A model generated the notes under the pieces. The model was not told where the DNA came from. It saw only the letters and a program-made list of their open reading frames with translations, and did not search any database. Both the position numbers and the translations under genes were made by a program. Shown here one piece after another: positions 53,701 through 64,000 of a DNA stretch of 64,000 bases (the stretch's first letter is position 1; each line of letters opens with the position of its first letter). Source of the DNA: Azolla caroliniana (lineage: Eukaryota > Plantae > Polypodiophyta); the NCBI GenBank assembly GCA_043228905.1, contig JBHGNT010000013.1, positions 13,578,001 through 13,642,000 of the forward strand. The letters run 5' to 3'.

Positions 53701-55865
53701 TATTAATCACATATGTCGTCGTCGACAATGCCTCAGCCCAAAACTTCTTGGGTAGTTTTGCATGTGCTAGCATACTCCGGACCCTCTCCATTATGGTCCG
53801 GTTTATCCTCTCGGCCAGTCCGTTTAGTTCCGGCGTCTTTGGCACGAGAAATTCGAGCCGGATTCCCTTCGAGCGGCAGTACTCCTCGAACTGCCCCCGG
53901 TATTCTCCTCCGTTATCTGCTCGAACCGCCTTCAGCTTCCGGCCGGTTTCTCTTTCCACTCTTGCGTGGAGCTCTTTGAAGACGGATAACACCTGATCCT
54001 TCGTCTTCAACGGTGTGGCCCACAACTTCCAGCTGTGGTCATCTATGAACGTCACGAAGTACTGCGCTCTGGCATGTGACTTCATGTCTACTTCACACAC
54101 ATCCGTATGCACCAACTCCAGTGGTGCATTACGTCTCATCGGTGGCCTTGGTCGGAAGGAGGTCCGGTTCTGCTTACCGGCCAGACAATCAGTGCACTTC
54201 TCTAAGTGCACGTTCTTCACTGGAATGAGGTTGTCATCTGCAAGCCTCTTCATCCCCTTCTCGCTCATATGACACAGCCTCTTGTGCCACAGCTCACCGG
54301 CAGTGTTGAATGCTACGTTCACTTCTTCCGGACATAACCGGGCATTCATCAGGTACAACGTGTTGACCTTCCGGGCCCGAGCCACAATCAGGCTCCCTTT
54401 GTTGAACTTCATGACACCGTTCCAGATGCTACCCGTGTAGCCTTCATCGACTAGCCGACCGGACATCCCTCAGCAACAACTTGCATCCGGTTGGTGTTGA
54501 CAGCCACACGTCTCCTATGCCGACAATTCGGCATGTACCTTCATTCCCCATCCGGACACAGCCGTGGTCACCGGCTGAGTAGGATGAGAAGCATTTCCGG
54601 TCCGGGGTAAGGTGGAACGACGCTCCGGAGTCTACCACCCAGGTCATCTCGTCGCCAGCAAGGTTTATCTCACACTCCTCGGTGATGAGCATCAACTCTT
54701 CTTCACTTGCCGCGATTGCCGTCGTTCCCTTCCGGTCCGGCCCCCTCAGGTCTTTACCGTTCCGGTCCGGGGTTTGCTTCGAATCGGTACCGTCGGTTTC
54801 CTTGTTTTTACGGAAATGCCGACAGTTCTTTTGGAAGTGTCCCGGCTTGCCGCAATAGAAGCAAGTAGGCCTTCCCCTTGACTTTGACCGTGTCCCCGAC
54901 TTCTCCCGGTTCTGGGGACTACGGTTTCTATGTCTTCCGCGTTCCGATTCGATAAGGAGCGCTTTGGAGTTGGAGCTCGTATCTTTATCTTTCCGACGCG
55001 CCTCCTCATCTAGCAAGCTCGACTTTACTCTTGCTAGGGATAACCGTTTTCCTTCCGGCTCGGCGTTGCCCAAAGTGACAACCAACGTCTCCCAGCTATC
55101 CGGGAGGGAACCGAGCAGGAGTAGCGCAAGTACCTCATTGGCAAGAGGTACTTCCAATGACTTTGCTTGGTGTATCAGCCCCTGGAAGGCATTCATATGC
55201 TCCGCCATGCTGGAGCCATCTTGGTACCGGAGTCTTACTAGCTTCCGGAATACCGACACTTGATTAACAACTTTTTTGTTTTGAAACATTATGCCGATCT
55301 TCTCCCAGAGCTCATGAGCCTTGCTCTCTTCATTGAAGTTGTTGTACAGGCTCATGTCGATGAAGCACCGTATGTACGCAATTGTCTTCATGTGCATCAC
55401 CTCCCATATCGCGGCGTCGATTTTGTCTAGTCTCTTGTCCCCGAACTGAACCGGCAGCCAGAGGTCTTTAACCACGAGCATGTCCCTCATCTTCGACTTC
55501 CACACTGAATAGTTGGAGCCGGTGAGCTTGAACATGCCGCCAAACGATTCGTCCATTTTCTGTGTCGATTTCGCTCTGATACCACTTGTCGAGAACGCAA
55601 CGCTCCTTATGCACGACGCTCGGCCACAACCGAGATTCTTTTCATACACAGAAAACAGGAAACAAAAAAAACACGCGACGCAAAGGAGAGAAAAAAAAGG
55701 TACACAGGAGGTTTACGTGGAAAACCCCAAACTAAGGGAAAAACCACGGCAGCCCACAAGCTGCAAACTGTCACTATGTAGGAATATACAACAGTGTGTT
55801 CACTGAGGCACCGACCTCGTGCTCACGTATCTTCGCCACAGGCGGCGGTTACAACAGAGGCAACG

Positions 55866-55908
<43 letters not shown>

Positions 55909-56369
55909 CACTATTACATGCTCTCTCTTCTTCTTGCACCAACAAGGAAAAAATGACAACAACAATTGCTAAAAGTTTGCCCTAAGTCGTATTTATACTA
56001 ATATGACTTTTCGGCTATTTACAAATGTAGCCTCGATGGGCTTTCAGAAACATATTTATGAATATGTCTCTTCATCCGGTTCTCACCGGGTCTGTACCAT
56101 CCGGGTCTCCGTAGCCAGGTATTCCTCATCCGGTCTTCACCGGGTCTGTATCATCCGGGTCTCCGTAGCCGGGTACTCCTCATCCGGTTCATACCGGGCC
56201 TGCACCATCCGGCTCTCCGTAGCCGAGTACTCCTCATCCGGTTCATATCGGGCCTGCGCCATCTGGCTCTCCATAGCCGGGTCCTCCTCATACGGTTTCG
56301 GCCTCGGCCGAGTTTGTTCATCGGCACTGTTCTTCTCCCTTCCCATCCGGAGGGACCTATTTCCCAACA
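50770..56369 (-). mobile_element. Full-length Ty1/Copia (Tnt1-like), frameshifted
   Basis: LTRs 55587-56369 and 50770-51537; TSD CAATA; PBS-Met 55573-55584; PPT 51538-51550. Gag-PR 54444-55556, INT 53294-54466, RT-RH 51602-53227. Confidence 0.96.
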
Positions 56370-56572
56370 CAATATTGTCCAATTGAAAGTATAGAACAGG
56401 GGGGAAAGGTTGGCCCCAAGACATCAAAACTCGGTGAATTATTGTAACTGTTAGGTTAGGGTCATTGTGAACATTGGGGTATGTAATGACGACGTGGTCC
56501 AACTGACCTATTATAAGCCAAGCGTCCCACCAAGTGCTGTTGTTCTCTGACCGGACAAGGCCTAACACAAGG
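56370..56572 (-). pseudogene. DDE transposase relic, upstream part
   Basis: HVVITYPNVHNDPNLTVTIIHRVL...PPVLYFQLDNI. Confidence 0.6.
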
Positions 56573-57416
56573 TGTCACGGAGACACTTCACCAAAGGGTG
56601 ATTACGGCATAGGATTATGACTCAACGATTACACCGACTTAAGTAGGTTACACGATTAGAGCGCTTTTGTTAATTACACGCGTAAGATATAACAGTAATT
56701 ACAGAACGGAAATCAACACAGAAGTATAAACACCATACGCTCTATTAATTATCCGCTGCGATTACAATGGGGTCCGGGCCTTTAAATAGGTTTCCGGCCC
56801 GTAGTACAAAACGGTGCCTATCGCACCTATTCGGGATCCGTCCGGATCTCGAACGGCATACCGTTTCCAGTCCGTCCGTCCACACTATGCTCATTTACAA
56901 CCATACTTAATTCATTCCTTCACTCCGTATTTTGGACTCCTTGCCGACCGGTAACACATGGCACGCCCGTGGGACAGTACCTTATACGTCGAACCCTTCT
57001 CGGCCCCTTCATTGTTCACCCAAATTGTCCAAAATACTTTGTTCCAGAGTTTCCAATTGTTCTTCCGGTTGTGGTTGTTGCGGCTGTGCTTGCTGCTGCT
57101 GCTGTGGTTGCGGTTGGGACAGAGACTGTCATAACTAGACTCGAACCCATAACCTTTTGTTACACGGGTCGAGACTTTACCATTAGGTTATAAATTGTAA
57201 TTTGAAGGATATTATTTTCATTTAGGTTTTATTGGGAAATTGATGTATATTCCAGATTTCTCTGGAACATTCTAGAAACTTCAGGAGTATTCCTGAAGAC
57301 ACTATAAAAGGAGGCGCAAGGCATTAGTTCGAACCAAATCGGTTCAACGCCAGTCTTAAGCCTTCTAACTACTGTTGTATATCTTCCTTCATATAATACA
57401 TATACCTTTCGCATCA

Positions 57417-57458
<42 letters not shown>

Positions 57459-57692
57459 ACCCATTCCTTCTCTCAAAGTTCGACACCTCTCATAGTACTA
57501 ATCCTTCTCTGTCTTAGTACTATTCCCCGACAATAGTACTAATCCTTCTTTTAGTACTAATTCCTTCTCTGCCTTAATAGAGTTCCTGACAGTTTGAACC
57601 GATTTCTCGGTGCCTGTCTGGTCTTTTCTCTCCCTCTTCCTTCTGTCTCCCTCCTTTCCTATTAGTCTCTTATTTTCCTTTTCCTTCATCCC

Positions 57693-58859
57693 ATGGCCAC
57701 CGTTAGCGCTGAAGAGTATCAATCCGTTTTCTCGGAATTTCAATGCTTGAAAGAGAAGTTTCATGCTTTGGAACAAGAAAATCAACGCTTGTTGGGGGAT
57801 CTTCAGCAAATTTCCTTAGAAAAGCAGCAAACGCAACAACAGCATGGGGAACTTGCGTTACGCGTGCAACAACTCGAAGCAACCATCGTAGCAATGCAAC
57901 AACAAGGGCACGGAGCACAAGGGATTCATAAAGAACCCAAGATTGGCCTTCCCACGAAGTTTGATGGAACGCGATCGCAGTTTAGAGGGTTTCTTAACCA
58001 GGTACGGTTAGTTATTCAAATGCATCCGTCCCGATATCCCACCGATGCATCACGAGTGGGTTTAGTAGGCACGTTGTTAAATGGCTCAGCATTAGCATGG
58101 TTCGCTCCGCTACTAGAAAAGGAATCTCCAGTACTAAATAATTTTGAAGAATTCATAAATGAGTTTAAAGCATGTTTTGGAGATACTGACAGCATAAGGA
58201 CTGCAATCAACAAAATCCGGCGATTACGCCAAGGTGACCGTCCAGCCTCCGCATATGCTGCAGATTTCCGCCTACTCGCCGCCGATATCCCCTGGGATGA
58301 TCAAGCATTGATGGAGCAATTCCGCTATGGTCTACGCAACGATGTCAAGGATTTACTCTTGACTTTCCCTGAAGAGCCAAAATCATTAACAGAAGCAATC
58401 AGTCGAGCGGTCAGATGTGACAACCGCCTCTTCGAGCGACGTTCGGAACGACAATTTCAGATGCCGAGGGCAAGATCCGAGCCTACCTATGCCTCAGTGG
58501 TAGCAAAACCTTTTCAAAGGGAGTCACATAATGCGCCTCCAGTAAGTACTCCAACTCCAATGGAAATTGACACTACACGTCGTCGTGGGCCGCTATCGGA
58601 GGAGGAAAAGCAACGACGCCGAACAAACCGATTATGCCTTTATTGCGGTGGACCAGGGCATATCGCGATAAACTGTCCCCATAGACCAAGAAGGCAGGTA
58701 AACCAAGTCGTTGTTAGTTCTGACTATACTAAACCCGAGTCTATTTCAGTAGGAATCTCTGATAGTCCTCATAGTCATAGTCCTAATAGTACTAATAGTC
58801 CGAATCTCGCAAACAAATTTGATGTCCTTAGCCAATTAGAAGAAGAGTTAAACGACTAA
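57693..58859 (+). CDS. gag: Gag
   Basis: Near-identical to 36504-37673. Confidence 0.93.
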   Translation: MATVSAEEYQSVFSEFQCLKEKFHALEQENQRLLGDLQQISLEKQQTQQQHGELALRVQQLEATIVAMQQQGHGAQGIHKEPKIGLPTKFDGTRSQFRGFLNQVRLVIQMHPSRYPTDASRVGLVGTLLNGSALAWFAPLLEKESPVLNNFEEFINEFKACFGDTDSIRTAINKIRRLRQGDRPASAYAADFRLLAADIPWDDQALMEQFRYGLRNDVKDLLLTFPEEPKSLTEAISRAVRCDNRLFERRSERQFQMPRARSEPTYASVVAKPFQRESHNAPPVSTPTPMEIDTTRRRGPLSEEEKQRRRTNRLCLYCGGPGHIAINCPHRPRRQVNQVVVSSDYTKPESISVGISDSPHSHSPNSTNSPNLANKFDVLSQLEEELND

Positions 58860-61800
58860 GTCCAGCCAAAATAGGAGCCGTTTGGTTGGACAGCCCTAGA
58901 TCTGTGCAGCCCATTAGTGGTTCCATTCCCTCTAAGCAAGTTAGTGATGTGTTCGTAGCCCAAGTAGCAGTTAGTACTAAAAGTACCCCTCCAGTACATA
59001 CCTTAGCCCTTCTAGATTCCGGAGCTAATTCTTGCTTCATGGATAGGAATTTTGCCCGAGCTCATCAGATATCTCTCAGAAAGCTCCCATGTCCAGCCTC
59101 AGTAGTAGTCATTGATGGTCGTCCCATTGCTTCTGGTAATATCATAGAAGAGTCGGAACCCGTTAATATTGTCCTAGATAACTTAACATGTGTAGTATCA
59201 TTTAATATTATTAGTATTCCAGAACATCCCATAGTTTTAGGATTACCATGGTTCGAGTTACATAACCCAGACATAGATTGGAGGACAAGGGAAATCCGGT
59301 TGCGACAAACCCAAGGATCTACCCAGAAGGTTGCAACCATTTCGCTACGTCAGTTGCGTGAGGAAGGGCGCAAGGAGGAAATGTTTCTCTTCGCAATATC
59401 AGTACAACCCTCCAGTACCACCAAAGAGGAGTCCACCGTTCAACTTCCCGAGAAGTATCGTCAGTATGCTGATGTGTTCGATAAAGTACAAGCCAACACA
59501 CTTCCTCATCATCGGCCGTACGATTGCGCCATCGACTTACAACCGGGAAAAGAGCCGCCATGGGGGCCGATCTACAATTTGTCACCAACCGAGCTAGAAG
59601 TCCTTCGAGCCTATATAGAGGAGAATTTGGAGAACGGTTTCATTCGGCATTCGAAATCTCCAGCCGGCGCACCCATTTTCTTCGTCAAGAAAAAAGATGG
59701 CTCGCTTCGACTCGTTGTAGATTACCGTGGCTTGAATAAGGTCACAGTAAGAAATAGGTATGCTCTTCCCCTTATCTCAAGTCTTTTAGAACGGATCAAC
59801 GGTGCCAGGTTCTTCACGAAGATCGACTTACGAGGAGCCTATAACCTCGTACGGATCCGACCAGGAGATGAATGGAAGACCGCGTTTCGCACCAGATATG
59901 GGCACTTCGAGTATACGGTCATGCCGTTCGGACTCACTAATGCGCCGGCAGTCTTCCAGCACATGGCGAATGATATATTTCGAGATCTTTTGGATGATTT
60001 TTTGATCATCTATTTGGATGATCTACTGGTTTATTCAAAGACCCAAGAAGAACATGATTCTCATGTACTATTAGTACTAAAACGACTTCGAGAACATGGT
60101 CTGTATGCAAAGTTAGAGAAATGTAGTTTCGGGTGCAACCAAGTGGAGTTTCTCGGCTATGTCATCTCCTCAGAAGGCATATCTATGGACCCAGCCAAGG
60201 TGAAAACGGTGATAGAATGGCACACTCCGCGTTCGGTGCGGGATGTGCAATGCTTCCTAGGCTTTGCAAATTTTTACCGGAAGTTCATACAAAATTACTC
60301 AAAAATTGTGCTGCCTCTCACACAGCTCACCAGGAAGGGACAATCATTCCTTTGGTCTAAAGAGACGGACATGGCTTTCGAGAGTCTTAAGAAGGCGTTT
60401 ACATCAGCTCCAATTTTAGGTCATGTGGATCCGGAAAAACCATTCATTATCGAAGCTGACGCATCGGATTTCGCATTGGGGAGCATTCTGTCACAACAGG
60501 GTAACGACGAGAAGCTACATCCTGTGGCTTTCCACTCCCGTAAGTTTGACGCCGCCGAAATCAACTACGAAATTCATGATAAAGAGCTATTAGCAATAGT
60601 TGATTCTTTTATGCAATGGAGGCATTTCCTGGAGGGATCTCCTCATCAGGTCACTGTATTCAGTGACCACAAGAACCTTGCCTACTTTCAAGATGCTCGT
60701 GTACTGAATCGACGTCAAGCTCGGTGGGCCCACTTCCTCACACGCTTCGACTTCAAAATTACATATCATCCGGGGAAGCACCAAGGGAAGGCAGATGCAT
60801 TATCACGGCGTTCGTATCTAACACCAGGTCCTGGTGAGCCAGCTTTCGATAACCAGAAGCAAGTAATCTTGGGTCCAGCACGACTGCAAGCAGCACAGGT
60901 CTTTGACATGCCCGTGGATTCCGACATTACCAATACTATACGTGAGGACTTGAAGACTGACGCTTTCGCCCAAGCTATACTAGCACAAATTGACCCCTCT
61001 CGAGCGTCATGTTCACAATCACAATCACCAGGTACGGATTATCGGCAATTCAAATACTGTGATGGATTACTCTTCTTTAAAGAACTTTTGTATGTTCCTA
61101 ATGGTTCTTGCCGCCTTCGAGTAGTACAAAACTGCCATGACACATATACAGCAGGACATTTTGGTAGTACTAAAACATTAGATTTAGTACAACGATCATT
61201 CTGGTGGCCCCGTATGCGACAATTTGTCGAAGATTTTGTTCGGACTTGCGATACATGCTGCAGAGCGAAAATGCCAAGACATCATCCATATGGTTTATTA
61301 GAACCATTACCAATTCCAAGCAAGCCATGGCAATCCATTGCTCTTGACTTCATTACAGATCTTCCAGTCTCCAAGGGATTCAGTGCGATTCTCACAGTGG
61401 TGGATCGATATACAAAGATGGCTCATTTCTTACCATGTACTAAAGAAATATCTAGTGAAGACACCGCCGAAATTGTCATGCGGGAAGTATGTCGGCATCA
61501 TGGACTCCCTAATAATATCATCAGCGATCGTGGACCTCAGTTTGTGTCAAAATTCTGGAAGCACCTTTTTAAAATGCTGAAGGTCACTTGTCACCTCTCC
61601 TCCGGCTACCACCCACAAACCGATGGTCAAGCTGAACGAACAAATCAAACACTGGAGCAGTATCTGCGGTGCTTTCTCAACTATCATCAGAATGATTGGG
61701 CAGATATTCTTCAGTTCGCCGAATTTGCCTATAATAACGCTATCCACGCATCGACTAAAGTCACGCCATTCTACGCTTATACAGGATATCATCCCCGGTG

Positions 61801-62443
61801 GTGTGTCCTTGAAACCCCAGAAGTGTCCACAAATCCTTGCGCGGAGGATCGTTTGGAGCGGTTACGCAAGATACAAGCGGATTTATCTACTCAACTCCAG
61901 CAAGCTCAACAATCACACAAGGACTACGCAGATCGTCATCGACTTCCATCCAGTTTTAACATTGGAGATCGGGTGTGGCTGCTACGACGACACATCAAGA
62001 CTACTCGCCCATGTGAGAAGTTGGATTATCGGCGATTAGGTCCTTTCCGTATTATCGGGAAGATTAATGATGTCGCTTTTCGTCTCGAGCTACCTCCGCA
62101 ACTTCGGATACATCCGGTGTTTCATAGTTCTCTCCTCGAACCCTATCACGAGAGCACTATCCCAGGACGTACTATACAACCACCACCTCCTATCGAGCTC
62201 GAAGATGGACCTGAGTATGAGGTCGCTGCCATCCTCGATTCCAAGATTGTTCGCAACAAGCTCTACTATCTAGTCGATTGGCTAGGATATAGTCCCAGCG
62301 AGCGTACTTGGGAACCGATCGAGAATGTGACCAATGCTCGTGCTCTTCTAGAAGACTTCCATCAACGATATCCCGAGAAACCGGGTCCTCAATCCAAAAC
62401 GACTCGTGGAACTCGTCGTTTTAAAGGGGGGATAGTGTCATAA
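58832..62443 (+). CDS. pol: Pol (PR-RT-RNase H-INT-chromodomain), -1 frame
   Basis: Near-identical to 37646-41257, with canonical TNAPA, SFWWP and KMAHF. Confidence 0.93.
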   Translation, partial: PIRRRVKRLSPAKIGAVWLDSPRSVQPISGSIPSKQVSDVFVAQVAVSTKSTPPVHTLALLDSGANSCFMDRNFARAHQISLRKLPCPASVVVIDGRPIASGNIIEESEPVNIVLDNLTCVVSFNIISIPEHPIVLGLPWFELHNPDIDWRTREIRLRQTQGSTQKVATISLRQLREEGRKEEMFLFAISVQPSSTTKEESTVQLPEKYRQYADVFDKVQANTLPHHRPYDCAIDLQPGKEPPWGPIYNLSPTELEVLRAYIEENLENGFIRHSKSPAGAPIFFVKKKDGSLRLVVDYRGLNKVTVRNRYALPLISSLLERINGARFFTKIDLRGAYNLVRIRPGDEWKTAFRTRYGHFEYTVMPFGLTNAPAVFQHMANDIFRDLLDDFLIIYLDDLLVYSKTQEEHDSHVLLVLKRLREHGLYAKLEKCSFGCNQVEFLGYVISSEGISMDPAKVKTVIEWHTPRSVRDVQCFLGFANFYRKFIQNYSKIVLPLTQLTRKGQSFLWSKETDMAFESLKKAFTSAPILGHVDPEKPFIIEADASDFALGSILSQQGNDEKLHPVAFHSRKFDAAEINYEIHDKELLAIVDSFMQWRHFLEGSPHQVTVFSDHKNLAYFQDARVLNRRQARWAHFLTRFDFKITYHPGKHQGKADALSRRSYLTPGPGEPAFDNQKQVILGPARLQAAQVFDMPVDSDITNTIREDLKTDAFAQAILAQIDPSRASCSQSQSPGTDYRQFKYCDGLLFFKELLYVPNGSCRLRVVQNCHDTYTAGHFGSTKTLDLVQRSFWWPRMRQFVEDFVRTCDTCCRAKMPRHHPYGLLEPLPIPSKPWQSIALDFITDLPVSKGFSAILTVVDRYTKMAHFLPCTKEISSEDTAEIVMREVCRHHGLPNNIISDRGPQFVSKFWKHLFKMLKVTCHLSSGYHPQTDGQAERTNQTLEQYLRCFLNYHQNDWADILQFAEFAYNNAIHASTKVTPFYAYTGYHPRWCVLETPEVSTNPCAEDRLERLRKIQADLSTQLQQAQQSHKDYADRHRLPSSFNIGDRVWLLRRHIKTTRPCEKLDYRRLGPFRIIGKINDVAFRLELPPQLRIHPVFHSSLLEPYHESTIPGRTIQPPPPIELEDGPEYEVAAILDSKIVRNKLYYLVDWLGYSPSERTWEPIENVTNARALLEDFHQRYPEKPGPQSKTTRGTRRFKGGIVS

Positions 62444-62725
62444 CTAGACTCGAACCCATAACCTTTTGTTACACGGGTCGAGACTTTACCATTAGGTTAT
62501 AAATTGTAATTTGAAGGATATTATTTTCATTTAGGTTTTATTGGGAAATTGATGTATATTCCAGATTTCTCTGGAACATTCTAGAAACTTCAGGAGTATT
62601 CCTGAAGACACTATAAAAGGAGGCGCAAGGCATTAGTTCGAACCAAATCGGTTCAACGCCAGTCTTAAGCCTTCTAACTACTGTTGTATATCTTCCTTCA
62701 TATAATACATATACCTTTCGCATCA

Positions 62726-62769
<44 letters not shown>

Positions 62770-62902
62770 ACCCATTCCTTCTCTCAAAGTTCGACACCTC
62801 TCATAGTACTAATCCTTCTCTGTCTTAGTACTATTCCCCGACAATAGTACTAATCCTTCTTTTAGTACTAATTCCTTCTCTGCCTTAATAGAGTTCCTGA
62901 CA

Positions 62903-64000
62903 GAGACTGCTCCGGCTGCTCTATAGGCGGCTGCTCCGTTTGTTTCTCTGACTCCGGCATCTCCGTTTGACTGTTTCCGGTCCGGTCTCCTTCTAGTAAC
63001 GGTTCCTCATCACTGAGGTTGACCGTAACCGGTTCTCGTGCTTTCTCTTCCCGGATTCGGGACCTCTCGTGCTTTCTCTTCCCGGATTCGGGACCTCTCG
63101 TAGCTTTCAAACTGGATCTGCGCCTCCAGCCTGTCGTCGTCCAGCTGAGCTACAAGTTGCCGGACTTGCCCTAGTTGGTCCTCTACCAAGGCTTGAAAGT
63201 CTTCGGCCAGCTCATCTCTTATGCCGGTGAAGTCTTCGGAAGTCAACATATAGCAATCATCCCCCTCCTTCCGCCGGTTCTCTACGTCGGCCCAGAGCAA
63301 TTGGAGTTCCGCCGCGTTCTGGGCCCACTTGGTCCACCATTTGACGGAACCGTCGTCAATCAAGCTCTTGGTCTGGTTCAACCAGGCCCGCATGATATCC
63401 TGGATGCGACTTGCTCCCATTTCCGCTCTACTTTCCACAACTTGTCGTTCCTCCTTCAACTGCTTGATGAGATTAGCCGTATCCTCCGTCTGCTCTTGGT
63501 AGTGCGTCAGCTACCCTTGATATGTTGTTTGCAGCTTCTGCAGTACCGCCGCCGCTCTTTCTCTTTCCGCCTGCTGTTGCCTGAGGAGCTCCGTCCGAAC
63601 CTTCTCTGCCTCTTCCAACCGTCTTCTGGTTTCCGCTTGTTCATTAGCGTATGCCGTTGCGGTCCGATCAACTGCTTGCCGGAGCTCATCCATCCGTTCC
63701 TTGTGCTCCGTTTGCATCCGTTTATACTCCCGGTGCAAGTGCTAAAACTCCTCCGTTTTTTGTTTGAGCTTGCCGTTGATTTGGCGATGGTTCCGGTCCT
63801 CCCGGTCCTTTTGCTGCCGGAGTTCCTCTTTCAGGCGCTCTACTTCTGTTTCGGCGTTCCTCCGGAGCCTGTCCTTCTCTTGCAGCATTTTCTCCTTCTC
63901 CTCCTTGAGCCGGTCGTACGCTTGGTGGCCTTTTCGTAAGCTCTCCTCGGCCCGGCGTAGATTCTCAGCAGTCTTTTTGAGTTCTGCCTCCGCTGCCGTC
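62903..64000 (-). pseudogene. Long coiled-coil protein of unknown function; C-terminus continues at 57009-57126
   Basis: E/K/R/Q-rich heptad-like frame broken by two TAG stops and a 31-bp duplication. Reads ...EQPEQSL|SQPQPQQQQAQP...LGEQ* across the TSD GAGAC. Confidence 0.6.

Larger units (their letters stand above)
57127..62902 (+). mobile_element. Intact chromoviral Ty3/Gypsy, copy B
   Basis: LTRs 57127-57591 and 62436-62902 are near-identical; TSD GAGAC; open gag and pol. Confidence 0.97.
56573..64000 (+). mobile_element. Tat-like Gypsy element: LTR 56573-56956, PBS, antisense ORF; interrupted by chromovirus copy B and runs off the window
   Basis: TGTCACGG...GGTAACA followed by TGGCACGCCCGTGGGAC (56959-56975), resembling the tRNA-Arg PBS of Tat-lineage elements. 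Confidence 0.6.

Noticed and set aside
63175-63939. 254-aa Leu-rich plus-strand ORF
   Set aside because: Antisense shadow of the E/K/Q-rich minus-strand coiled-coil frame.

Overview
Plant nuclear DNA dominated by nested transposable elements. It is probably from a non-seed plant such as a fern; this is inferred from the secretory-type polyphenol oxidase and the Tcn1/Tf1-like chromoviruses. The only intact host gene is an intronless polyphenol oxidase (PPO, 10806-12410, minus strand). It belongs to a tandemly duplicated PPO unit whose second copy is a pseudogene split by a 14.8-kb nested Copia insertion. The mobile elements are: three chromoviral Ty3/Gypsy copies (two intact and very recent), several Ty1/Copia elements and solo LTRs, a LINE, a hAT element with a nested MITE, a Pack-type insert carrying histone H4 and IQD gene fragments, a Sola-like DDE transposase relic, a Tat-like element with an antisense coiled-coil ORF, and Penelope-like repeats carrying hammerhead ribozymes. 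The most notable RNA-level signals are (i) four type-I hammerhead ribozymes with covarying stems; (ii) in the chromovirus, a Tf1-like self-priming PBS, a G_UUA_AAC slippery site plus pseudoknot for -1 frameshifting, and an antisense tRNA-like A/B-box module at the LTR 5' end; and (iii) a solo-LTR family with CpG-centred 4-bp target duplications. Coordinates were read by eye and may be off by a few bases; no database searches were run.
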